From an uncultured Chloroflexia bacterium (lineage in GTDB: Bacteria > Chloroflexota > Limnocylindria > Limnocylindrales > CSP1-4): a DNA stretch of 64,000 nucleotides. Positions 41,051 through 49,148 of the stretch are shown here, piece by piece. Numbering within the stretch: position 1 is the stretch's first letter; each line of letters starts with the position of its first letter. The translations under genes were made by a program, and so were the position numbers. The notes below the pieces were generated by a model. The model was not told the DNA's origin and ran no database searches. It saw only the letters and a list, made by a program, of their open reading frames with translations. The DNA is taken from NCBI GenBank assembly GCA_963790915.1, contig CAWBQS010000003.1, positions 1,603,128 to 1,667,127 of the forward strand, written 5' to 3'.

Positions 41051-42679
41051 GTGACCCCGGACGCTCCTTCCTTCTTCACGCTCGACCGCGGCACAGCGAG
41101 CACGTCGGCCGCCCTCATCGCGCCCGTCGAGGGCCGCTACCGCATGTTGGCGGCCGGCTCCGCGCCCTCCTCCTCCGACCCGTCCGGGCTCCTGGAGGAC
41201 CTGGTGGCCCGCATCGAGCGCACGGATCCCACGCTGGCTGGGCCGCTCGGCGACTGGCGAACGTGGGCTCGCCTGGAGGTGCGCGGCACCGCGGCTCCGC
41301 GCGCCTGCCTGGTCGCAGCCACGCCGGAGACCGGCAGCCTCCTGGAGAGGGCCTTCACGGCTGGTGGCTGGCAGGTCGGCGCCCGATTCTTCGGCCCGGA
41401 CCCGGACCTGCTGGCCTTCGGCAGCGCCTGTCTGCGACCCGGCATGGATGCCGTCGTCGTTGCGGTGCGTGAGTCGGCCGAGCCCGAGGAACGTGATCGT
41501 GCACGCCTCCTCTGGCCGCGTGCCGGGTCGCTGGCTCGCCTCCGCGACGACCTGGCCGTCATCGCCTGCGGTCCCCTCATGGAGCGTCCGGAAGGGATCA
41601 CCGAGGATCGACTCTTCGCGTTGCCGGCCCCGGACACCGTGGTCGCGGGCGGCGAGTCACTCCTGCAGCAGGCGAGCTCCCAGGTCGCCCTTCACCTCGT
41701 CTCGGCTGGGGCCGCGGGCGGCCAGGACAGCCGCGCGGCGCTGCGCCGCTCCATCGCCTCGCTGGCGGTGCTGCTGGACAAGCGCATCGACGCCATCGAG
41801 GTCGGCGCCGCGGCCGGGTCGCGCACCGTGGCCGGCGCCGACGGAGAGACCCGCCAGGCGGTCCTGGCCACGGCCGGCCTGCTGCCGGCGACACTGCTCG
41901 ACGACGACGACGCCGCCGAGGCGGTGCTGCGCTGGTCGTCCCTGGCCGAGGACCCGGCCACCCGGCTCGACCGCCTGCGCGAGCTGGTCCTGCATCCCTG
42001 GGGCTCCTTCGACAGCGATGGGCTGCACCTCCGGCTGGCCTGCCTGCGGGCTGCCCTGGAGCGTATGCACACGGCCTGGGAGGGGATGGCTGGCCCTGGC
42101 CACCCGGAGGAGCCAGCGGACGTCATCGTCCTCTGCGGCGGCGGCTTCGCGCTCCTGCCCGCGACCGCGGCAGCGCTGGCGATCACCGACGCCATCCGGC
42201 GTCCTGGCGCCTTCACGCTGCTGCACGACCATGCCCGGGTGCTGGGGCCACTCGGTGCCCTGCCGGTCGAGGGCGACCGCCGCCGGCTGCTCGCCGATCT
42301 CATGGACGACTGCCTGCTGCCCATCGGGAGTGCCCTGCTCACCGGCACGCTGGAGGAGAGCGGCCGCGACCCCGGCCAGGACGCCGGCCACGTCGCCATC
42401 TCCACGCCGCTCTTCGATGATGAGCTGCCGCTGGAGCCAGGACAGCTGCGCCTCGTCGACCTGCCGCCCGGCATCGTTGCCCGGCTGGAGATCGATCCCG
42501 GGGCCGGCAGCGTCCTTGGCGTGTCAGGTCAGCGCCTCGGCCTGGAGGTCAGCGGAGGCCTTGGTGGCTTCCTCCTCGATACGAGGGCCATCCCCCTGGA
42601 GCTGCCGAGTGCTGCCGAGGCGCGGCGCGCCCAGCTCGAGACGTGGGAAGCACCGGTCTGGGCGGAGGGCGATCGATGA
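41051..42679 (+). CDS. hypothetical 542-aa protein with actin-like (ASKHA) / MutL-GlmL-like motifs, cassette gene B
   Basis: ORF 41051..42679 (GTG start). N-terminal [17 protein letters not shown], later DVIVLCGGGFALLP, C-terminal GGLGGFLLDTRAIPLELP. Family assignment rests on motif memory only. Confidence 0.65.
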   Translation: MTPDAPSFFTLDRGTASTSAALIAPVEGRYRMLAAGSAPSSSDPSGLLEDLVARIERTDPTLAGPLGDWRTWARLEVRGTAAPRACLVAATPETGSLLERAFTAGGWQVGARFFGPDPDLLAFGSACLRPGMDAVVVAVRESAEPEERDRARLLWPRAGSLARLRDDLAVIACGPLMERPEGITEDRLFALPAPDTVVAGGESLLQQASSQVALHLVSAGAAGGQDSRAALRRSIASLAVLLDKRIDAIEVGAAAGSRTVAGADGETRQAVLATAGLLPATLLDDDDAAEAVLRWSSLAEDPATRLDRLRELVLHPWGSFDSDGLHLRLACLRAALERMHTAWEGMAGPGHPEEPADVIVLCGGGFALLPATAAALAITDAIRRPGAFTLLHDHARVLGPLGALPVEGDRRRLLADLMDDCLLPIGSALLTGTLEESGRDPGQDAGHVAISTPLFDDELPLEPGQLRLVDLPPGIVARLEIDPGAGSVLGVSGQRLGLEVSGGLGGFLLDTRAIPLELPSAAEARRAQLETWEAPVWAEGDR

Positions 42680-43737
42680 GCCTGCCGACCGCGCCCGGAA
42701 GCGACCCGCTGCGATTCGTGGCGCCGGCGACGATCCCGCAGCCTGGTCGCCTGCTGCGCTTCCACCTCGATCTCGCGGACCGGCCGCTCGTGTTTCCCGG
42801 GCAGCGCGTCGATATCGGGCAGCCGCTCATCGAGCACTTCCGTGACCAGGAGGCCGTGGAGATCCCGACCACGGCCGCCGTCGTGGGCATGCGCCCCGGC
42901 GAGATCCTCGACAGCGTGCCCTTGCCGTCATCCGGCCGGCTCGGCCGCAAGGCGTCGCTGGGCACCTACCGCGCGCGCGTGCTCGAGCACGGCCGGGACG
43001 GCACGACACGCCTGGTGGCCGGCAACGGCAGCAGCATGATCATCGCGCCGGCCGGCGGCGTCGTCGAGGCGGTGCTGCCTGGTCGGGTCGACCTGCGCGC
43101 CGAGGGTCTCGCCATCGGGGCCTCGGTGGGTTGGGGCCGGCCCGCGATCGGCCACATCGTCATCGTCGCTGACGCGCCCGATGCGGAGGTTCCCGCCTCC
43201 CGCATCGACGTGAGCGCTGCTGGCGCCATCCTCGTGGCGGGGGCCCGACTCGACATCGAAGCCATGACCCGGGCGCGCGCCATCGGCGTTGCGGGCATCA
43301 TCACCGGCGCCGTGGCCAGCCGTCACCTGCGCCAGCTGGTGTCGTCGGAGGTCCGCCAGCAGGCGGCGCTCCACGCCGCGGCGCCCTTCGGCCTGCTGGC
43401 GCTGGATGGCTACGGCCGGCTGCCCATCCCCGCCTACCTGTGGGACCTGCTGGTGGCCGCCCAGGGGCGCCCGGCCGGCATCCACCCGGACGCGCGTTGC
43501 CTGATCATCGGTGGCGACCCGGCGCCGCTGCTGGCCGCGGCCGACCGCCTGGCCGGCACCGTGCGCGTGACCAGTGGAGAGCATCGCGATCGGGAGGGCC
43601 GGCTGGTGGGTCTCGCTGGTGCCCGCCGCTGGCCCGGTGGCGCCTACGCGCCCGGCGGCTTCGTGGAGGTCGTATCGGCCACGGGAAGCGTCGAGCGGCT
43701 CTGCCTGCCGCTGCCGCTCCTGGAGCGGTTCGGCTAG
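42676..43737 (+). CDS. hypothetical 353-aa protein with barrel-sandwich-hybrid-like segments, cassette gene C
   Basis: ATG 42676 overlaps the gene B stop (ATGA). LVFPGQRVDIGQPLIEH and MIIAPAGGVVEAVLPG motifs. Ends 6 nt before tsaE. Confidence 0.65.
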   Translation: MSLPTAPGSDPLRFVAPATIPQPGRLLRFHLDLADRPLVFPGQRVDIGQPLIEHFRDQEAVEIPTTAAVVGMRPGEILDSVPLPSSGRLGRKASLGTYRARVLEHGRDGTTRLVAGNGSSMIIAPAGGVVEAVLPGRVDLRAEGLAIGASVGWGRPAIGHIVIVADAPDAEVPASRIDVSAAGAILVAGARLDIEAMTRARAIGVAGIITGAVASRHLRQLVSSEVRQQAALHAAAPFGLLALDGYGRLPIPAYLWDLLVAAQGRPAGIHPDARCLIIGGDPAPLLAAADRLAGTVRVTSGEHRDREGRLVGLAGARRWPGGAYAPGGFVEVVSATGSVERLCLPLPLLERFG

Positions 43738-43743
43738 GACGCC

Positions 43744-44256
43744 ATGGCAGGAGCGGCAGCCTCGGCCGCGGACGCGCTGGTGGCGTGGCACACCTTCAGC
43801 GGTTCGGCGGCGGCCACGCGTGACCTCGCGGCGGCACTCGCCGTGGTGGCTCGGCGCGGCGATCGGCTGGCGCTCATCGGCCCGCTGGGCGCTGGCAAGA
43901 CGCAGTTCGCCAAGGGCTTCGCCGTCGGCCTGGGCATCGTCGATGTCGTCAACAGCCCCAGCTTCACGCTCATGGCCGAGTACGAGGGCCGCCTGCCGCT
44001 CTACCACCAGGACCTCTACCGCTTGAGCGGGACCGCCGAGGCCCTGGCCGGCGGTCTCCTCGATGAGCGCCAGGCCGATGGCGTGACCCTCGCCGAATGG
44101 GGCGATCGCCTGGGCGACGATCCCGACCCGGAACAGGTCGACGTCGTCCTCATGCCCCTGGGCGACGTGCAGCGACGCGTGGAGCTGCGCGGTCGGGGCG
44201 AGGCCGCGGCTCGCTACGCCGCCGCTGCGCGGGCCTGGTCGGAGGTGCGGCGGTGA
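43744..44256 (+). CDS. tsaE: tRNA t6A37 biosynthesis ATPase TsaE
   Basis: P-loop GPLGAGKTQFAKG, SPSFTLMAEY, HQDLYRL motifs. Confidence 0.92.
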   Translation: MAGAAASAADALVAWHTFSGSAAATRDLAAALAVVARRGDRLALIGPLGAGKTQFAKGFAVGLGIVDVVNSPSFTLMAEYEGRLPLYHQDLYRLSGTAEALAGGLLDERQADGVTLAEWGDRLGDDPDPEQVDVVLMPLGDVQRRVELRGRGEAAARYAAAARAWSEVRR

Positions 44257-44987
44257 GCGGCACCGGCGAGCCGATCCCTGGCGGTGCCCCGACGGGAGCC
44301 CCTGCCGGCGCTGCCCTCGGTGGCATCTGCCTGGCCATCGACACCGCGACGCGCAGCACCGTCGTGGCCGTCGGGAGCGGCATCCCGCTGGCCAGCAGCC
44401 GGCGGGAGGTGCGGCCACGCCGTGGCTCGGAGCTGCTGGAGCAGGTGGACGAGGTCCTCACGGCTGCCGGGCTGACCATCGACGACGTGTCCGCCGTGGC
44501 CGTGGGCAGCGGTCCGGGCTCGTTCACCGGCCTGCGCGTCGGGCTGGCCGCCGCAAAGCTGCTGGCCTACACGCGCCACCTGCCGCTCATCGGCGTGCCC
44601 TCCGGCGAGGCCTTGCGACGGGCAGCCATCGACGCCGGCGCACCGGCGGACCTGGTCGTCGTGCTGCCGGCCGGCGCGCGCGACCACTACCTCGTGCGAC
44701 CCGGGCAGGACCCGCGGATGGTGTCGCCGGGCGGCCTGGAGGAGGCGCTCGCCGGGGCGCCGGCCCTGGCCGTGGACGTCGATGCCGCGCTCGTCGGCGA
44801 GGACGCCCTGCGCGTCGGGCGAGCGGCCCTGGACGGCCTGGGCGCGGCGCTCATGACCATCGCCGCCGAACGCCTGGCCGCGGGGCGGCTGGATGATCCG
44901 GCAGGGCTGGTGCCCGTCTACGTCGCCCTGCCGCGCGGGGTGCGCCACACCCCGGAGGACCTGGGATGGTCGCCCGACCTCCAGTGA
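44253..44987 (+). CDS. tsaB: tRNA t6A37 biosynthesis protein TsaB
   Basis: GTGA overlap with tsaE; LAIDTATRSTVVAV, GSGPGSFTGLRVGLAAAKLLA. Confidence 0.9.
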   Translation: MSGTGEPIPGGAPTGAPAGAALGGICLAIDTATRSTVVAVGSGIPLASSRREVRPRRGSELLEQVDEVLTAAGLTIDDVSAVAVGSGPGSFTGLRVGLAAAKLLAYTRHLPLIGVPSGEALRRAAIDAGAPADLVVVLPAGARDHYLVRPGQDPRMVSPGGLEEALAGAPALAVDVDAALVGEDALRVGRAALDGLGAALMTIAAERLAAGRLDDPAGLVPVYVALPRGVRHTPEDLGWSPDLQ

Positions 44988-45634
44988 TGCTCCGGGTGGA
45001 GCCCATGCGCCTCGAGGACATCCCAGCCGTGCACGCCATCGAGAGTGCCTCGTTCCCCACGCCCTGGCCGCCCTACGCCTTCCGCGGCGAGCTGGAGTCC
45101 AACCCCATGGCCCACTACCTGGTGGCGCGCGCCGGAGAGCGAGTCGTCGCCTACGCGGGCATCTGGCTGATGGTCGACGAGGCGCACGTGACGACCTTCG
45201 CCGTCCTGCCGGCGTACCGCCGGCGGGGCTTGGGCGGTCTCCTCCTCTCCGAGCTCATCGAGCTGGCCGCCGTGCTGGGCGCCACGGTCATGACGCTGGA
45301 GGTCCGACTCAGCAACGCCGGCGCCCGCGCCCTCTACCAGCGCTTCGGTTTCCACCCTGTGGGCGTCCGGCCGCGCTACTACACGGACAACGCTGAGGAC
45401 GCCCTCATCATGACCACGGAGCCCCTGGACCTGCCGCGCATGGCCGGCCTGCGGCGCCGCATGGCCGAGCGCTACGCCGCAGACGTGCTGGCCGAGGACC
45501 CCGGGTGGGCGCCAGACCCCGGCGGCGAGAGCGGCGAGAGCGGCGAGAGCGGCGAGAGCGGCGAGAGCGGCGGGGATGGCGACGCGCCCGCGGCCATCGA
45601 TCGCACCGAACCCAGGCGCGAGCCTCGTCGATGA
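44987..45634 (+). CDS. rimI: ribosomal-protein-alanine N-acetyltransferase RimI (GNAT) with repeat-containing tail
   Basis: ATG 44987 overlaps the tsaB stop (TGATG). IESASFPTPW, AVLPAYRRRGLGGLLL (acetyl-CoA motif), LEVRLSNAGARALYQRFGF. Confidence 0.9.
   Translation: MLRVEPMRLEDIPAVHAIESASFPTPWPPYAFRGELESNPMAHYLVARAGERVVAYAGIWLMVDEAHVTTFAVLPAYRRRGLGGLLLSELIELAAVLGATVMTLEVRLSNAGARALYQRFGFHPVGVRPRYYTDNAEDALIMTTEPLDLPRMAGLRRRMAERYAADVLAEDPGWAPDPGGESGESGESGESGESGGDGDAPAAIDRTEPRREPRR
45524..45568 (+). repeat. perfect tandem repeat (GGCGAGAGC)x5, in frame in rimI, encoding (Gly-Glu-Ser)x5
   Basis: Five identical 9-nt units counted at 45524-45532, 45533-45541, 45542-45550, 45551-45559 and 45560-45568. 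Confidence 0.97.
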
Positions 45635-46722
45635 GCCGCCGCGAGGGCTGGATCCTGGCCGTGGAGACGTCCTGCGACGAGACCGGCGTGGCCGTCGTGG
45701 AGCGCGGCCGGCGCATCGTCGCCGACGTCGTGGCCAGCCAGGTGATGCTGCACGCGAGCACCGGGGGCATCGTGCCGGAGGTGGCTGCGCGGGCCCACCT
45801 GCGCTGGCTCATCCCGGTGCTGGAGGAGGCCCGCCGGCGGGCGGGCCTGGAGCGCTGGTCGGACGTCGAGGCGGTGGCCGTCACCGAGGGTCCCGGACTG
45901 GCCGGCTCGCTCATGGTCGGCATCACGATGGCCAAGACCCTGGCCTGGAGCGAGGGCCTGCCGCTGGTGCCGGTCAACCACCTCGAGGGCCATCTCTACG
46001 CTGCTTGGTTGCTGGACCCGGACGAAGAGGAGCGTCCGGAGCCGCGCTTCCCGCTGGTGGCCCTCGTCGTCAGCGGTGGCCATACCGCGTTGCTGCAGAT
46101 GCCCGACCACCTGCGCTTCCGGCTCCTGGGACAGTCCGTGGACGACGCCGCGGGCGAAGCGTTCGACAAGGTCGGCAGGCTGCTCGGCCTGCCCTATCCG
46201 GGTGGGCCCGCGATCATGGCGGCCGCCGCCACGGCCCGGGTGCACGACCGGCGCTTCCCGCGGGCGTGGCTGGGCGACTCCTGGGACTTCTCCTTCAGCG
46301 GCCTCAAGACCGCCGCCCGACGCGCCGTGGGTGAGGCCCTGGGCTGCTCCCCGGAGGAGCGTGAGCTGGACGGCGCCGCGCTGCCCGCCGACCTTGTCGC
46401 CGAGCTCGCCTGGGCCTTCCAGGAGTCGGTCGTGGACGTCATCGCCAGCAAGACGCTGCGGGCGGCCGCCGACACCGGGGCACGCAGCATCGTCATGGGC
46501 GGCGGCGTGGCCGCCAACGCGGTCCTCCGCGAGCGGCTGGCCGAGGGCGCGCGACGCCTGGACATCCCGCTCGTCGTGCCGCGGCCCGGCCTCTGCACCG
46601 ACAACGGCGCGATGATCGGGGCGGCCGGCTGGCGGCGTTTCGTGGCCGGCGTGCGCGCCGACCGCTCCCTGGACGCACGACCCTCGCTGCGCCTGGCCGA
46701 TCGAGCCACCGATGACCGCTGA
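45631..46722 (+). CDS. tsaD: tRNA N6-adenosine threonylcarbamoyltransferase TsaD
   Basis: ATGA overlap with rimI; ILAVETSCDETGVAVV, NHLEGHL, VVSGGHT, GGGVAAN. Confidence 0.95.
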   Translation: MSRREGWILAVETSCDETGVAVVERGRRIVADVVASQVMLHASTGGIVPEVAARAHLRWLIPVLEEARRRAGLERWSDVEAVAVTEGPGLAGSLMVGITMAKTLAWSEGLPLVPVNHLEGHLYAAWLLDPDEEERPEPRFPLVALVVSGGHTALLQMPDHLRFRLLGQSVDDAAGEAFDKVGRLLGLPYPGGPAIMAAAATARVHDRRFPRAWLGDSWDFSFSGLKTAARRAVGEALGCSPEERELDGAALPADLVAELAWAFQESVVDVIASKTLRAAADTGARSIVMGGGVAANAVLRERLAEGARRLDIPLVVPRPGLCTDNGAMIGAAGWRRFVAGVRADRSLDARPSLRLADRATDDR

Positions 46723-47575
46723 CCCCCGCCAGCTCGACGCCACGCACCTGGGACCGGAGATGGTCCAGCGCTACCTGCGCCGGCACGGACTGGCGGCACG
46801 CCGCTCGCTCTCGCAGAACCATCTCGCGGACGGCGCGGTCCTGGAGCGCATCGTGGCCACCGCGGCCGTGGAGCCCGGAGAGCACGTCGTGGAGGTCGGT
46901 CCCGGCCTGGGCATCCTCACCGCCGCCCTGCTGAGTGCCGGGGCGCAGGTCACGGCCGTGGAGCTGGACGAACGCCTGGTCGAGCACCTGCGCCTGCGTT
47001 TCGAGGGTGAGTCGCGCCTGCGGCTGCTGGCGGCTGACTTCCTTGACGTGGAGCTCGCGAGCGTGGCGAGCGTCCCCTGGGCGCTGGTGGCCAACGTGCC
47101 CTACCACATCACCAGCCCCATCCTGCACCGCGTCCTTGGCGCGGAGCCGCGGCCGACGCGCTTCGTGCTCATGGTCCAGCGCGAGGTCGCCGAGCGCATC
47201 GCGGCGCCGCCCGGCGGCATGAGCTACCTGTCCGTGTTCGTCCAGTACCACGCCGACGTGCGCATGGCCTTCGTCGTGCCGGCCAGCGCCTTCGAGCCGT
47301 CCCCCGCCGTCGACTCCGCGATCCTCGTCGGTACCACTCGACCCCGCCGCCTGCCGCCGGACGCCGAGGACGAGCTGTGGCGGCTCGTCCAGGCCGCCTT
47401 CCGGGAGCGCCGCAAGATGCTCCACAACGTCCTGCTGCGACAGCTGCCGGGGCTGCAGCGCGACCGACTGGCGGCGGCCCTGGCGCAATGCGCCATCGCC
47501 CCTGACCGGCGGCCGCAGACCCTGTCCGTGGACGAATGGCTCGCGCTGCACGACGCACTGGGGCCGCTGCCGTGA
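46712..47575 (+). CDS. rsmA: 16S rRNA (adenine1518/1519-N6)-dimethyltransferase
   Basis: LSQNHLADGAVLERIV, SAM motif VVEVGPGLGILT, NVPYHITSPIL. Confidence 0.94.
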   Translation: MTADPRQLDATHLGPEMVQRYLRRHGLAARRSLSQNHLADGAVLERIVATAAVEPGEHVVEVGPGLGILTAALLSAGAQVTAVELDERLVEHLRLRFEGESRLRLLAADFLDVELASVASVPWALVANVPYHITSPILHRVLGAEPRPTRFVLMVQREVAERIAAPPGGMSYLSVFVQYHADVRMAFVVPASAFEPSPAVDSAILVGTTRPRRLPPDAEDELWRLVQAAFRERRKMLHNVLLRQLPGLQRDRLAAALAQCAIAPDRRPQTLSVDEWLALHDALGPLP

Positions 47576-47609
47576 ACGGCCGTCCCCCGGCGGGAGGGCG
47601 GACACGTCG

Positions 47610-48665
47610 ATGACACGGCGCGCCGTCACCGTGTCCTGGGGGGAGGCCACCGCCAAGGTCAACCTGGCCCTGGCCGTCACCGGCCGCCGCCCGGACGGCT
47701 ATCACGAGCTGCGCTCCGTGTTCCTGCGACTGGTCCTGCACGACCATCTCGAGGTGCGGCGCGCCGCTGACCCGGCTGCCCCGGACCGCCTGGACATCGA
47801 TGGCGACCCCGTGCTGGCCACGCCGGACAACCTCGTGCTGCGGGCCGCCGCCGCGCTGCGGGCCACGCTCCGCACGGCGGCCGGGGTGATGCCCGACGGG
47901 GGTTCCGGCGGCGGACCGGACCTCGGGGCGGCCCTCGTCTGCCCATCCCTCTCGATCCGCCTCCACAAGCACATCCCCCATGCCGCCGGGCTGGGTGGCG
48001 GCAGCGCCGACGCCGCGGCGACGCTGGGCCTGGCCGCACAGGCCTGGGGGCTCGCCGCCGATGATGGCCGTCCGGCCGCGATCGCTGCCAGGCTGGGCTC
48101 GGACGTGCCCTTCTTCGCGGCTGGGCATGCGGCCGCCCTGGTGACCGGCGTGGGCGATGTCATCGACGCGCTGCCGGCGCCCACGTCGCAGGCCGGCATC
48201 CTGCTCGTGACACCCGCGCAGCGGCTCTCCACGGCGGCCGTCTTCGCTGCCCACGACGCCCTGGCGAGCCCTGGGGATCCGGCCGCGGCAGCGCCAGCGG
48301 CCGGCGTCATGGCGGCAGCGCCTTCCGCAGCGGTGACGGCAGTCGACCGCCTCGCGACGCTCCTGCGGGCCGGGCTTGACGGCCCGGGCCTGGCCGGCCA
48401 GGGTGCCAGCCTGCGTGACGCCAACGACCTCTGGGCGGCCGCCTGCCACTGCTCGCCCGGCCTCGCGGACGCCCGCGATGAGCTGGAGCGATGCCTCGGA
48501 CAGCCGGTGCTGCTGACCGGCTCCGGGCCCACCCTCGTAGCCGTCTATCCTTCACCAGGGGCGGCCGGCGCGGCTGCCGCTGACCTCGAGGCTTCGCGGC
48601 CGGCGGCACTCGAGGGCGCCACCATCAACGCCACCGCGAGTGCGACCAGTGGAGGATCATCGTGA
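47610..48665 (+). CDS. ispE: 4-diphosphocytidyl-2-C-methyl-D-erythritol kinase (enlarged, Ala/Gly-rich inserts)
   Basis: AKVNLALAVTGRRPDGYHEL, GHMP motif HKHIPHAAGLGGGSADAAA, GSDVPFF, LTGSGPT. Confidence 0.9.
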   Translation: MTRRAVTVSWGEATAKVNLALAVTGRRPDGYHELRSVFLRLVLHDHLEVRRAADPAAPDRLDIDGDPVLATPDNLVLRAAAALRATLRTAAGVMPDGGSGGGPDLGAALVCPSLSIRLHKHIPHAAGLGGGSADAAATLGLAAQAWGLAADDGRPAAIAARLGSDVPFFAAGHAAALVTGVGDVIDALPAPTSQAGILLVTPAQRLSTAAVFAAHDALASPGDPAAAAPAAGVMAAAPSAAVTAVDRLATLLRAGLDGPGLAGQGASLRDANDLWAAACHCSPGLADARDELERCLGQPVLLTGSGPTLVAVYPSPGAAGAAAADLEASRPAALEGATINATASATSGGSS

Positions 48666-49042
48666 AGCAGCCCATCCGGACCACGGAAGCTCCTCGGCCC
48701 ATCGGGCCGTACAGCCAGGGCATCACCGTGGATGGCCTGCTCTTCTGCTCGGGCATGGGCCCCATGGACCCGGCCAGCAACGTCCTCATCGAGGGCGGCA
48801 TCGTCGAGCAGACGGAACGGACCCTGCGCAACCTCGGTGGCATCCTCGCCGCCGCGGGCCTGGGCTACGAGGATGTCCTCAAGACGACCTGCTACCTGGC
48901 CGACATGGATGACTTCCGGGCCTTCAATGAGGTCTATGCCACCTTCTTCGACGAGCCCTTCCCGGCCCGCACGACCATCCAGGCGGCCCGCCTGCCGATG
49001 GACATCCGCGTCGAGATCGAGGCCATCGCGCAGCGCCGCTGA
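48662..49042 (+). CDS. ridA: RidA/YjgF-family reactive-intermediate deaminase
   Basis: GTGA overlap with ispE; APRPIGPYSQG, QTERTLRNLGGIL, ARTTIQAARLPMDIRVEIEAIA. Confidence 0.93.
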   Translation: MKQPIRTTEAPRPIGPYSQGITVDGLLFCSGMGPMDPASNVLIEGGIVEQTERTLRNLGGILAAAGLGYEDVLKTTCYLADMDDFRAFNEVYATFFDEPFPARTTIQAARLPMDIRVEIEAIAQRR

Positions 49043-49063
49043 GTGGCTCGCCAGTGGCCGCGT

Positions 49064-49093
49064 TTGACACCCCGGCGATGCCGCCCCTACAGT
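49064..49093 (+). promoter_or_regulatory. candidate sigma-70-type promoter upstream of glmU
   Basis: Consensus TTGACA (49064-49069), N18, TACAGT (49088-49093), 55 nt before GTG 49149. Confidence 0.4.
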
Positions 49094-49148
49094 CAGCCAA
49101 GGTGATGCCCGAACAGCCTCCCTCGCGCCGGCGCCGCCAGGGCGCCAC

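Noticed and set aside
40542-41054. The 170-aa ORF in another frame overlapping cassette gene A.
   Set aside because: Its third positions are not G/C-biased, whereas the 40682..41002 frame is. It also overlaps the end of alr.
45524-45568. The tandem repeat as a CRISPR or other array.
   Set aside because: The units are 9 bp with no spacers and lie in frame inside rimI. This is a coding microsatellite-like repeat, not a CRISPR array.
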